Assembly (NCBI GenBank): GCA_964016885.1
Contig: OZ024740.1
Coordinates: forward strand, 22,878,001-22,942,000
Reading direction: 5' to 3'
From: Eledone cirrhosa
Lineage: Eukaryota
Length of the DNA stretch: 64,000 bases
Part shown: one piece after another, positions 42,601 to 57,000 of the stretch
How positions within the stretch are numbered: position 1 is the first letter of the stretch
How the letters are laid out: each line of letters opens with the position of its first letter
The notes under the pieces: generated by a model
The model's input: only the letters and a program-made list of their open reading frames with translations
Told to the model about the DNA's origin: nothing
Database searches by the model: none
Translations under genes and position numbers: made by a program

Positions 42601-45600
42601 AAGTAGATTCAGTGATGGTATATGAACCAGTGGTAAGTAGATTCAGTGATGGTATATGAACCAGTGGTAAGTAGATTCAGTGATGGTATATAGACCACTA
42701 GTAAGTAGATTCGGTGATGGTATATAACCAGTGGTAAGTGGATTCAGTGATGGTATATGAACCAGTGGTAAGTAGATTCAGTGATGGTATATAAACCAGC
42801 GGTAAGTAGATTCAGTGATGGTATATAAACCAGTAGTAAGTAGATTCAGTGATGGTATATGAACCAGTGGTAAGTGGATTCAGTGATGGTATATGAACCA
42901 GTGGTAAGTATATTCAGTGATGGTATATAAAACAGTGGTAAGTAGATTCAGTGATGGTATATAAACCAGTGGTAAGTAGATTCAGTGATGGTATATGAAC
43001 CAGTGGTAAGTAGATTCAGTGATAGTATATGAACCAGTGGTAAGTAGATTCAGTGATGGTATATAAAACAGTGGTAAGTAGATTCAGTGATGGTATATGA
43101 ACCAGTCGTAAGTAGATTCAGTGATGGTATATGAACCAGTCGTAAGTAGATTCAGTGATGGTATATGAACCAGTGGTAAGTAGATTCAGTGATGGTATAT
43201 GAACCAGTAGTAAGTAGATTCAGTGATGGTATATGAACCAGTGGTAAGTAGATTCAGTGATGGTATATGAACCAGTCGTAAGTAGATTCAGTGATGGTAT
43301 ATGAACCAGTGGTAAGTAGATTCAGTGATGGTATATGAACCAGTGGTAAGTATAGTCAGTGATGGTATATGAACCAGTGATAAATAGATTCAGTGATGGT
43401 ATGTGAACCAGTAGTAAGTAGAATCAGTGATGGTATATGAACCAGTAGTAAGTAGATTCAGTGATGATATATGAATCAGTGGTAAGTAGATTCAGTGATG
43501 GTATATGAGCCAGTGGTAAGTAGATTCTCTGATGGTATATAAACGAGTGGTAAGTAGATTCAGTGATGGTATATGAACCAGTAGTAAGTAGATTCAGTGA
43601 TGTTATATAAACCAGTGGTAAGTAGATTCAGTGATGGTATATGAACTAGTGGTAAATAGATTCAGTGATGGTATATGAACCAGTGGTAAGTAGATTCAGT
43701 GATGGTATATGAACCAGTAGTAAGTAGAATCAGTGAAGGTATATAAACCAGTGGTAAGTAGATTCAGTGATGGTATATGTACCAGTGGTAAGTAGATTCA
43801 GTGATGGTATATGAACCAGTGGTAAGTAGATTCAGTGATGGTATATGAACCAGTGGTAAATAGATTCAGTGATGTTATATTAACCAGTGCTAAGTAGATT
43901 CAGTGATTGTATATTAACCAGTGCTAAGTAGATTCAGTGATGGTATATGAACCCGTTGTAAGTAGATTCAGTGATGATAAATAAACCAGTGGTAAGTAGA
44001 TTTAGTGATGGTATATTAACCAGTGTTAAGTAGATCCAGCGATAGTATATGAACCAGTGGTAAATAGATTCAGTGATGGTATATGAACCAGTGCTATGTA
44101 GATTCAGTGAAGGTATATAAACCAGTGGTAAGTAGATTCAGTGATGGTATATTAACCAGTGGTAAGTAGATTCAGTGACGGTATATAAACCAGTGGTAAG
44201 TAGATTCAGTGATGGTATATAAACCAGTAGTAACTAGATCCAGTGATGGTATATGAACCAGTAGTAAGTAGATCCAGTGATGGTATATGAACCAGTAGTA
44301 AGTAGATTCAGTGATGGTATATGAACCAGTAGTAACTAGATTCAGTGATGGTATATGAACCAGTAGTAAGTAGATTCAGTGATGGTATATAAACCAGTGG
44401 TAAATAGATTCTGTGATGGTATATACACCAGTGGTAAGTAGATTAAATGATGGTATATAAAGCAGTGGTAAGTAGATTCAGTGATGGTATATAAATCAGT
44501 GGTAAGTAGATTCAGTGATGCTATATGAACCAGTGGTAAGTAGATTCAGTGATGGTATATGAACCAGTGGTAAGTAGATTCCGTGATGGTATAAGAACCA
44601 GTGGCAAGTAGATTCAGTGATGGTATATAAACCAGTGGTAAGTAGATTCAGTCATGATATATGAACCAGTTGTAAATAGATTCAGTGATGGTATATGAAC
44701 CAGTAGTAAGTAGATTCAGTGATAGTATATAAACCAGTGGTAAGTAGATTCAGTGATGGTATATGAGCCAGTAGCAAGTAGATTCAGTGATGGTATATGA
44801 ACCAGTAGTAAGTAGATTCAGTGATGGTATATGAACCAGCAATAAGTAGATTCAGTGATGGTATATAAACCAGTGGTAAGTAGATTCAGTGATGGTATAT
44901 AAACCAGTAGTAAGTAGATTCAGTGATGGTATATGGACCAGTGGTAAGTAGATTCAGTGATGGTATATAAACCAGTGGTAAGTAGATTCAGTGATGGTAT
45001 ATGAACCAGTGGTAAGCAGATTCAGTGATGGTATATGAACCAGTGGTAAGTAGATTCAGTGATGGTATATGAACCAGTAGTAAGTAGATTCAGTGATGGT
45101 ATATGAATCAGTGGTAAGTAGATTCAGTGATGGTATATGAACCAGTACTAAGTAGATTCAGTGATGGTATATGGACCAGTGGTAAGTAGATTCAGTGATG
45201 GTATATGAACCAGTGGTAAGTAAATTCAGTGATGGTATATGAACCAGTAGTAAGTAGATTCAGTGATGGTATATAAACCAGTGGTAAGTAGATTCAGTGA
45301 TGGTATATGAACCAGTGGTAAGTAAATTCAGTGATGGTATATGAACCAGTAGTAAGTAAATTCAGTGATGGTATATAAACCAGTGGTAAGTAGATTCAGT
45401 GATGGTATATGAACAAGTAGTAAGTAGATTCAGTGATGGTATATAAACCAGTGGTAAGTAGATTCAGTGATGGTATATGAATCAGTGGTAAGTAGATTCA
45501 GTAATGGTATATGAACCAGTGGTAAGTAGATTCAGTGATGGTATATAAACCAGTAGTAACTAGATCCAGTGATGGTTAATGAAGCAGTAGTAAGTAGATC

Positions 45601-48016
45601 CAGTGATGGTATATGAACCAGTAGTAAGGAGATTCAGTGATGTTATATGAACCAGTAGTAACTAGATTCAGTGATGGTATATAAACCAGTGGTAAATATA
45701 TTCAGTGATGTTATATAAACCAGTGGTAAGTAGATTAAATGATGGTATATAAACCAGTGGTAAGTAGATTCAGTGATGGTATATGAATCAGTGGTAAGTA
45801 GATTCAGTGATGGTATATGAACCAGTGGTAAATAGATTCAGTGATGGTATATGAACCAGTGGTAAGTAGATTCAGTGATGGTATATGAACCAGTCGTAAG
45901 TAGATTCAGTGATGGTATATGAGCCAGTAGTAAGTAGATTCAGTGATGGTATATGAACCAGTGGTAAGTAGATTCAGTGATGGTATATAAACCAGTGGTA
46001 AGTAGATTCAGTGATGATATATGAACCAGTGGTAAATAGATTCAGTGATGGTATACGAACCAGTAGTAAGTAGATTCAGTGATGGTATATGAACCAGTAG
46101 CAAGTAGATTCAGTGATGGTATATGAACCAGTAGTAAGTAGATTCAGTGATGGTATATGAACCAGTGGTAAGTAGATTCAGTGATGGTATATAAACCAGT
46201 GGTAAGTAGATTCAGTGATGGTATATGAACCATTGGTAAGCAGATTCAGTGATGGTATATGAACCAGTGTAAGTAGATTCAGTGATGGTATATGAACCAG
46301 TAGTAAGTAGATTCAGTGATGGTATATGAATCAGTGGTAAGTAGATTCAGTGATGGTATATGAACCAGTAGTAAGTGGATTCAGTGATGGTATATGAACC
46401 AGTGGTAAGTAGATTCAGTGATGGTATATAAACCAGTGGTAAGTAGATTCAGTGATGGTATATGAACCAGTGCTAAATAGATTCAGTGATGATGTATGAA
46501 TCAGTGGTAAGTAGATTCAGTGATGGTATATGAACCAGTAGTAAGTAGATTCAGTGATGGTATATGAACCAGTGGTAAGTAGATTCAGTGATGGTATATA
46601 AACAAGTGGTAAGTAGATTCAGTGATTGTATATGAACAAGTAGTAAGTAGATTCAGTGATGGTATATAAACCAGTGGTAAGTAGATTCAGTGATGGTATA
46701 TGAATGAGTGGTAAATATATTCAGTTATGGTATATAAACCAGTGGGAAGTAGATTCAGTGATGGCATATGAACCAGTGGTAAGTAGATTCAGTGATGGTA
46801 TATGAACCACTGGTAAGTAGATTCTGTGATGGCATATGAACCAGTGGTAAATATATTCAGTGATGGTATATAAACCAGTGGTAAGTAGATTCAGTGATGA
46901 TATATGAATCAGTGGTAAGTGGATTCAGTAATGGTATATGAACCAGTGGTAAGTTGATTCAGTGATGGTATATAAACCAGTGGAAAGTAGATTCAGTAAT
47001 GGTATATAAACCAGTGGTAAGCAGATTCAGTGATGGTATATGAACCAGTGGTAAGTAGATTCAGTGATGGTATATGAACCAGTGGTAAGTAGATTCAGTG
47101 ATGGTATATGAACCAGTGGTAAGTAGATTCAGTGAAGGTATATATACCACTAGTAAGTAGATTCGTTGATGGTATATAACCAGTGGTAAGTAGATTTAGT
47201 GATGGTATATAAACCAGTAGTAAGTAGATTCAGTGATGGTATATAAACCAGTAGTAAGTAGATTCAGTGATGGTATATGAACCAGTGGTAAGTAAATTGA
47301 GTGATGGTATATAAACCAGTGGTAAGTAGATTCAGTGATGGTATATGAACCAGTGGTAAGTAGATTCAGTGATGGTATATGAACCAGTGGTAAGTATAGT
47401 CAGTGATGGTATATGAACCAGTGGTAAATAGATTCAGTGATGGTATATGAACCAGTGGTAAGTAGATTCAGTGATAGTATATGAACCAGTGGTAAGTAGA
47501 CTCATTGATGGTATATGAACCAGTGGAATGTAGATTCAGTGATGGTATATGAACCAGTGGTAAGTAGATTCAGTGATGGTATATGAACCAGTAGTAAGTA
47601 GATTCAGTGCTGATATATGAATCAGTGGTATGTAGATTCAGTGATGGTATATGAACCAGTTGTAATTAGATGCAGTGATGGTATATAAATCAGTGTTAAG
47701 TAGATTCAGTGATGGTAAATGAACCAGTGGTAAGTATATTCAGTGATGGTATATGAACCAGTGGTAAGTAGATTCAGTGATGGTATATGAACCAGTGGTA
47801 AGTAGATTCAGTGATGGTATATGAACCAGTGGTAAGTAGATTCAGTGATGGTATATAAACCAGTGGTAAGTAGATTCAGTGATGGTATATGAACCAGTTG
47901 TAATTAGATTCAGTGATGGTATATAAACCAGTGGTAAGTAGATTCAGTGATGGTATATGAACCAGTGGTAAGTAGATTCAGTGATGGTATATGAACCAGT
48001 GGTAAGTAGATTCAGT
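30686..48016. repeat. Higher-order repeat copy H2 (17331 bp = 510 monomers minus 9 nt): P1 30686-33490, Q 33491-37415, P2 37416-40220, R 40221-48016
   Basis: Marker gacggtatgtg at 30686, 37416 and 48017. Pseudo-ORF spacings 32482->49813 and 39212->56543 are both 17331. Nine 1-bp deletions counted per unit. Confidence 0.9.
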
Positions 48017-51000
48017 GACGGTATGTGAACCAGTAGTAAGTAGAATCAGTGATGGTATATGAACCAGTAGTAAGTAGATTCAGTGATGATATATGAATCA
48101 GTGGTAAGTAGATTCAGTGATGGTATATGAACCAGTAGTAAGTAGATTCAGTGATGTTATATAAACCAGTGGTAAGTAGATTCAGTGATGGTATATGAAC
48201 CAGTGTTAAATAGATTCAGTGATGGTATATGAACCAGTGGTAAGTAGATTCAGTGATGGTATATGAACCAGTAGTAAGTAGATTCAGTGAAGGTATATAA
48301 ACCAGTGGTAAGTAGATTCAGTGATGGTATATGAACCAGTGGTAAGTAGATTCAGTGATGGTATATGAACCAGTGGTAAGTAGATTCAGTGATGGTATAT
48401 GAACCAGTGGTTAATAGATTCAGTGATGTTATATTAACCAGTGCTAAGTAGATTCAGTGATGGTATATGAATTAGTGGTAAGTAGATTCAGTGATGGTAT
48501 ATTAACCAGTGGTAAGTAGATTCAGTGATGGTATATGAACCCGTTGTAAGTAGATTCAGTGATGATAAATAAACCAGTGGTAAGTAGATTTAGTGATGGT
48601 ATATTAACCAGTGTTAAGTAGATCCAGCGATAGTATATGAACCAGTGGTAAATAGATTCAGTGATGGTATATGAACCAGTGCTAAGTAGATTCCGTGAAG
48701 GTATATTAACCAGTGGTAAGTAGATTCAGTGATGGTATATTAACCAGTGGTAAGTAGATTCAGTGACGGTATATAAACCAGTGTTAAGTAGATTAAGTGA
48801 TGGTATATAAACCAGTAGTAACTAGATCCAGTGATGGTATATGAACCAGTAGTAAGTAGATCAAGTGATGGTATATGAACCAGTAGTAAGTAGATTCAGT
48901 GATGGTATATGAACCAGTAGTAACTAGATTCAGTGATGGTATATGAACCAGTAGTAAGTAGATTCAGTGATGGTATATAAACCAGTGGTAAATAGATTCA
49001 GTGATGGTATATACACCAGTGGTAAGTAGATTAAATGATGGTATATAAACCAGTGGTAAGTAGATTCAGTGATGGTATATAAACCAGTAGTAAGTAGATT
49101 CAGTGCTGGTATATGGACCAGTGGTAAGTAGATTCAGTGATGGTATATATACCAGTGGTAAGTAGATTCAGTGATGGTATATGAACCAGTGGTAAGAAGA
49201 TTCAGTGATGGTATATGAACCAGTGGTAAGTAGATTCAGTGATGGTATATGAACCAGTAGTAAGTAGATTCAGTGATGGTATATGAATCAGTGGTAAGTA
49301 GGTTCAGTGATGGTATATGAACCAGTACTAAGTAGATTCAGTGATGGTATATGAACCAGTGGTAAGTAGATTCAGTGATGGTATATGAACCAGTGGTAAG
49401 TAAATTTAGTGATGGTATATGAACCAGTAGTAAGTAGATTCAGTGATGTATATGAACCAGTGGTAAGTAGATTCAGTGATGGTATATAAACCAGTGGCAA
49501 GTAGATTCAGTGATGGTATATGAACAAGTAGTAAGTAGATTCAATGATGGTATATAAACCAGTGGTAAGTAGATTCAGTGATGGTATATGAATCAGTGGT
49601 AAGTAGATTCAGTAATGGTATATGAACCAGTGGTAAGTAGATTCAGTGATGGTATATAAACCAGTAGTAACTAGATCCAGTGATGTTATATGAACCAGTA
49701 GTAAGTAGATCCAGTGATGGTATATGAACAAGTAGTAAGGAGATTCAGTGATGGTATATGAACCAGTAGTAACTAGATTCAGTGATGGTATATGAACCAG
49801 TGGTAAGTAAATTCAGTGATGGTATATGAACCAGTAGTAAGTAGATTCAGTGTTGGTATATAAACCAGTGGTAAATATATTCAGTGATGTTATATAAACC
49901 AGTGGTAAGTAGATTAAATGATGGTATATAAACCAGTGGTAAGTAGATTCAGTGATGGTATATGAATCAGTGGTAAGTAGATTCAGTGATGGTATATGAA
50001 CCACTGGTAAATAGATTCAGTGATGGTATATGAACCAGTGGTAAGTAGATTCAGTGATGGTATATGAACCAGTGGTAAGTAGATTCAGTGATGGTATATG
50101 AACCAGTAGTAAGTAGATTCAGTGATGGTATATGAACCAGTGGTAAGTAGATTCAGTGATGGTTTATAAACCAGTGGTAAGTAGATTCAGTGATGGTATA
50201 CGAACCAGTAGTAAGTAGATTCAGTGATGGTATATGAACCAGTAGTAAGTAGATTCAGTGATGGTATATGAACCAGCAATAAGTAGATTCAGTGATGGTA
50301 TATAAACCAGTGGTAAGTAGATTCAGTGATGGTATATAAACTAGTAGTAAGTAGATTCAGTGATGGTATATGAACCAGTGGTAAGTAGATTCAGTGATGG
50401 TATATAAACCAGTGGTAAGTAGATTCAGTGATGGTATATGAACCATTGGTAAGCAGATTCAGTGATGGTATATGAACCAGTGTAAGTAGATTCAGTGATG
50501 GTATATGAACCAGTAGTAAGTAGATTCAGTGATGGTATATGAATCAGTGGTAAGTAGATTCAGTGATGGTATATGAACCAGTAGTAAGTAGAGTCAGTGA
50601 TGGTATATGAACCAGTGGTAAGTAGATTCAGTGATGGTATATAAACCAGTGGTAAGTAGATTCAGTGATGGTATATGAACCAGTGCTAAATAGATTCAGT
50701 GATGATATATGAATCAGTGGTAAGTAGATTCAGTGATGGTATATGAACCAGTAGTAAGTAGATTCAGTGATGGTATATGAACCAGTGGTAAGTAGATTCA
50801 GTGATGGTATATAAACCAGTGGTAAGTAGATTCAGTGATGGTATATGAATCAGTGGTAAGTAGATTCAGTGATGGTATATAAGCCAGTGGTAAGTGGATT
50901 CAGTGATGGTATATGAAGTAGTGGTAAGTAGATTCAGTGATGGTATATAAACCAGTGGTAAGTAGATTCAGTGATGGTATATGAACCAGTGGTATGTAGA

Positions 51001-54000
51001 TTCAGTGATGGTATATAAACCAGTGGTAAGTAGATTCAGTGATGGTATATGAACCAGTGATAAGCAGATTCAGTGATGGTATATGAATCAGTGGTAAGTA
51101 GATTCAGTGATGGTATATGAACCAGTCGTAAGTAGATTCAGTGATGGTATATGTACAAGTAGTAAGTAGATTCAGTGATGGTATATGAACCAGTGGTAGG
51201 TAGATTCAGTGATGGTATATAAACCAGTGGTAAGTAGATTCAGTGATGGTATATGAACCAGTGGTAAATAGATTCAGTGATGATATATGAATCAGTGGTA
51301 AGTAGATTCAGTGATGGTATATAAACCAGTGGTAAATAGATTCAGTGATGGTATATAAACCAGTAGTAAGTAGATTCAGTGATGGTATATGAACCAGTAG
51401 TAAGTAGATTCAGTGATGGTATATGAACCAGTGGTAAGTAGATTCAGTGATGGTATATAAACCAGTGGAAAGTAGATTCAGTGATGGTATATGAACAAGT
51501 AGTAAGTAGATTCAGTGATGGTATATAAACCAGTGGTAAGTAGATTCAGTGATGGTATATGAATGAGTGGTAAATATATTCAGTTATGGTATATGAACCA
51601 GTGGTAAGTAGATTCAGTGATGGTATATGAATCAGTGGTAAGTAGATTCAGTAATGGTATATGAACCAGTGGTAAGTTGATTCAGTGATGGTATATAAAC
51701 CAGTGGAAAGTAGATTCAGTGATGGTATATGAACCAGTGGTAAGTAGATTCAGTGATGGTATATGAACCAGTGGTAAGTAGATTCAGTGATGGTATATGG
51801 ACCAGTGGAAAGTAGATTTAGTGATGGTATATGAACCAGTGGTAAGTAGATTCAGTGATGGTATATAGACCACTAGTAAGTAGATTCGGTGATGGTACAT
51901 AAACCAGTGGTAAGTAGATTCAGTGATGGTATATGAACCAGTGGAAAGTAGATTCAGTGATAGTATATGAACCAGTGGTAAGTGGATTCAGTGATGGTAT
52001 ATGAACCAGTGGTAAGTAGATTCAGTGATGGTATATAAACCATTGGTAAGTAGATTTAGTGATGGTATATAAATCAGTAGTAAGTAGATTCAGTGATGGT
52101 ATATGAACCAGTGGAAAGTAGATTCAGTGATAGTATATGAACCAGTGGTAAGTGGATTCAGTGATGGTATATGAACCAGTGGTAAGTAGATTCAGTGATT
52201 GTATATGAACCAGTGGTAAGTAGGTTCAGTGATAGTATATGAACCAGTGGTAAGTAGATTCAGTGATGGTATATGAACCAGTGGTAAGTAGATTCAGTGA
52301 TGGTATATGAATCAGTGGTAAGTAGATTCAGTGATGGTATATAAAACAGTGGTAAGTAGATTCAGTGATGGTATATGAACCAGTGGTAAGTAGATTCAGT
52401 GATAGTATATGAACCAGTGGTAAGTAGATTCAGTGATGGTATATGAACCAGTGGTAAGTAGATTCAGTGATGGTATATGAACCAGTGGTAAGTAGATTCA
52501 GTGATGGTATATGAACCAGTGGTAAGTAGATTCAGTGATGGTATGTGAACCAGTAGTAAGTAGAATCAGTGATGGTATATGAACCAGTAGTAAGTAGATT
52601 CAGTGATGATATATGAATCAGTGGTAAGTAGATTCAGTGATGGTATATGAACCAGTAGTAAGTAGATTCAGTGATGTTATATAAACCAGTGGTAAGTAGA
52701 TTCAGTGATGGTATATGAACCAGTGGTAAATAGATTCAGTGATGGTATTTGAACCAGTGGAAAGTAGATTCAGTGATGGTATATGAACCAGTAGTAAGTA
52801 GATTCAGTGAAGGTATATAAACCAGTGGTAAGTAGTTTCAGTGATGGTATATGAACCAGTGGTAAGTAGATTCAGTGATGGTATATGAACCAGTGGTAAG
52901 TAGATTCAGTGATGGTATATGAACCAGTGGTTAATAGATTCAGTGATGTTATATTAACCAGTGGTAAGTAGATTCAGTGATGGTATATGAACCAGTAGTA
53001 AGTAGATTCAGTGATGGTATATGAACCAGTGGTAAGTAGATTCAGTGATGGTATATAAACCAGTGGTAAGTAGATTCAGTGATGGTATATGAACAAGTAG
53101 TAAGTAGATTCAGTGATGGTATATAAACCAGTGGTAAGTAGATTCAGTGATGGTATATGAACCAGTGGTAAGTTGATTCAGTGATGGTATATAAACCAGT
53201 GGAAAGTAGATTCAGTAATGGTATATAAACCAGTGGTAAGCAGATTCAGTGATGGTATATGAACCAGTGGTAAGTAGATTCAGTGATGGTATATAAACCA
53301 GTAGTAAGTAGATTCAGTGATGGTATATAAACCAGTGGTAAGTAGATTCAGTGATGGTATATAAACCAGTGGTAAGTAGATTCAGCGATGGTATATGAAT
53401 GAGTGGTAAATAAATTCAGTTATGGTATATAAACCAGTGGTAAGTAGATTCAGTGATGGTATATGAACCAGTGGTAAGTAGATTCAGTGATGGTATATAA
53501 AACAGTGGTAAGTAGATTCAGTGAAGGTATATAAACCAGTGGTAAATAGATTCAGTGATGGTATATAAACCAGTGGTAAGTAGATTCAGTGATGGTATAT
53601 GAATCAGTGGTAAGTAGATTCAGTAATGGTATATGAACCAGTGGTAAGTAGATTCAGTGATGGTATATAAACCAGTGGAAAGTAGATTCAGTGATGGTAT
53701 ATGAACCAGTGGTAAGTAGATTCAGTGATGGTATATGAACCAGTGGTAAGTAGATTCAGTGATGGTATATGGACCAGTGGAAAGTAGATTCAGTGATGGT
53801 ATATGAACCAGTGGTAAATAGATTCAGTGATGGTATATGAACCAGTGGTAAGTAGATTCAGTGATGGTATATGAACCAGTGGTAAGTAGATTCAGTGATG
53901 GTATATGGACCAGTGGAAAGTAGATTCAGTGATGGTATATAAACCAGTGGTAAATAGATTCAGTGATGGTATATAAACCAGTGGTAAGTAGATTCAGTGA

Positions 54001-57000
54001 TGGTATATGAATCAGTGGTAAGTAGATTCAGTAATGGTATATGAACCAGTGGTAAGTTGATTCAGTGATGGTATATAAACCAGTGGAAAGTAGATTCAGT
54101 GATGGTATATGAACCAGTGGTAAGTAAATTCAGTGATGGTATATGAACCAGTGGTAAGTAGATTCAGTGATGGTATATGGACCAGTGGAAAGTAGATTCA
54201 GTGATGGTATATGAATCAGTGGTAAGTAGATTCAGTGATGGTATATAGACCACTAGTAAGTAGATTCGGTGATGGTATATAAACCAGTGGTAAGTATATT
54301 CAGTGATGGTATATGAACCAGTGGAAAGTAGATTCAGTGATAGTATATGAACCAGTGGTAAGTGGATTCAGTGATGGTATATGAACCAGTGGTAAGTAGA
54401 TTCAGTGATGGTATATAAACCATTGGTAAGTAGATTTAGTGATGGTATATAAACCAGTAGTAAGTAGATTCAGTGATGGTATATGAACCAGTGGAAAGTA
54501 GATTCAGTGATAGTATATGAACCAGTGGTAAGTGGATTCAGTGATGGTATATGAACCAGTGGTAAGTAGATTCAGTGATGGTATATGAACCAGTGGTAAG
54601 TAGATTCAGTGATAGTATATGAACCAGTGGTAAGTAGATTCAGTGATGGTATATGAACCAGTGGTAAGTAGATTCAGTGATGGTATATGAACCAGTGGTA
54701 AGTAGATTCAGTGATGGTATATGAACCAGTGGTAAGTAGATTCAGTGACGGTATGTGAACCAGTAGTAAGTAGAATCAGTGATGGTATATGAACCAGTAG
54801 TAAGTAGATTCAGTGATGATATATGAATCAGTGGTAAGTAGATTCAGTGATGGTATATGAACCAGTAGTAAGTAGATTCAGTGATGTTATATAAACCAGT
54901 GGTAAGTAGATTCAGTGATGGTATATGAACCAGTGTTAAATAGATTCAGTGATGGTATATGAACCAGTGGTAAGTAGATTCAGTGATGGTATATGAACCA
55001 GTAGTAAGTAGATTCAGTGAAGGTATATAAACCAGTGGTAAGTAGATTCAGTGATGGTATATGAACCAGTGGTAAGTAGATTCAGTGATGGTATATGAAC
55101 CAGTGGTAAGTAGATTCAGTGATGGTATATGAACCAGTGGTTAATAGATTCAGTGATGTTATATTAACCAGTGCTAAGTAGATTCAGTGATGGTATATGA
55201 ATTAGTGGTAAGTAGATTCAGTGATGGTATATTAACCAGTGGTAAGTAGATTCAGTGATGGTATATGAACCCGTTGTAAGTAGATTCAGTGATGATAAAT
55301 AAACCAGTGGTAAGTAGATTTAGTGATGGTATATTAACCAGTGTTAAGTAGATCCAGCGATAGTATATGAACCAGTGGTAAATAGATTCAGTGATGGTAT
55401 ATGAACCAGTGCTAAGTAGATTCAGTGAAGGTATATTAACCAGTGGTAAGTAGATTCAGTGATGGTATATTAACCAGTGGTAAGTAGATTCAGTGACGGT
55501 ATATAAACCAGTGTTAAGTAGATTAAGTGATGGTATATAAACCAGTAGTAACTAGATCCAGTGATGGTATATGAACCAGTAGTAAGTAGATCAAGTGATG
55601 GTATATGAACCAGTAGTAAGTAGATTCAGTGATGGTATATGAACCAGTAGTAACTAGATTCAGTGATGGTATATGAACCAGTAGTAAGTAGATTCAGTGA
55701 TGGTATATAAACCAGTGGTAAATAGATTCAGTGATGGTATATACACCAGTGGTAAGTAGATTAAATGATGGTATATAAACCAGTGGTAAGTAGATTCAGT
55801 GATGGTATATAAACCAGTAGTAAGTAGATTCAGTGATGGTATATGGACCAGTGGTAAGTAGATTCAGTGATGGTATATATACCAGTGGTAAGTAGATTCA
55901 GTGATGGTATATGAACCAGTGGTAAGAAGATTCAGTGATGGTATATGAACCAGTGGTAAGTAGATTCAGTGATGGTATATGAACCAGTAGTAAGTAGATT
56001 CAGTGATGGTATATGAATCAGTGGTAAGTAGATTCAGTGATGGTATATGAACCAGTACTAAGTAGATTCAGTGATGGTATATGAACCAGTGGTAAGTAGA
56101 TTCAGTGATGGTATATGAACCAGTGGTAAGTAAATTTAGTGATGGTATATGAACCAGTAGTAAGTAGATTCAGTGATGTATATGAACCAGTGGTAAGTAG
56201 ATTCAGTGATGGTATATAAACCAGTGGTAAGTAGATTCAGTGATGGTATATGAACAAGTAGTAAGTAGATTCAATGATGGTATATAAACCAGTGGTAAGT
56301 AGATTCAGTGATGGTATATGAATCAGTGGTAAGTAGATTCAGTAATGGTATATGAACCAGTGGTAAGTAGATTCAGTGATGGTATATAAACCAGTAGTAA
56401 CTAGATCCAGTGATGTTATATGAACCAGTAGTAAGTAGATCCAATGATGGTATATGAACAAGTAGTAAGGAGATTCAGTGATGGTATATGAACCAGTAGT
56501 AACTAGATTCAGTGATGGTATATGAACCAGTGGTAAGTAAATTCAGTGATGGTATATGAACCAGTAGTAAGTAGATTCAGTGTTGGTATATAAACCAGTG
56601 GTAAATATATTCAGTGATGTTATATAAACCAGTGGTAAGTAGATTAAATGATGGTATATAAACCAGTGGTAAGTAGATTCAGTGATGGTATATGAATCAG
56701 TGGTAAGTAGATTCAGTGATGGTATATGAACCACTGGTAAATAGATTCAGTGATGGTATATGAACCAGTGGTAAGTAGATTCAGTGATGGTATATGAACC
56801 AGTGGTAAGTAGATTCAGTGATGGTATATGAACCAGTAGTAAGTAGATTCAGTGATGGTATATGAACCAGTGGTAAGTAGATTCAGTGATGGTTTATAAA
56901 CCAGTGGTAAGTAGATTCAGTGATGGTATACGAACCAGTAGTAAGTAGATTCAGTGATGGTATATGAACCAGTAGTAAGTAGATTCAGTGATGGTATATG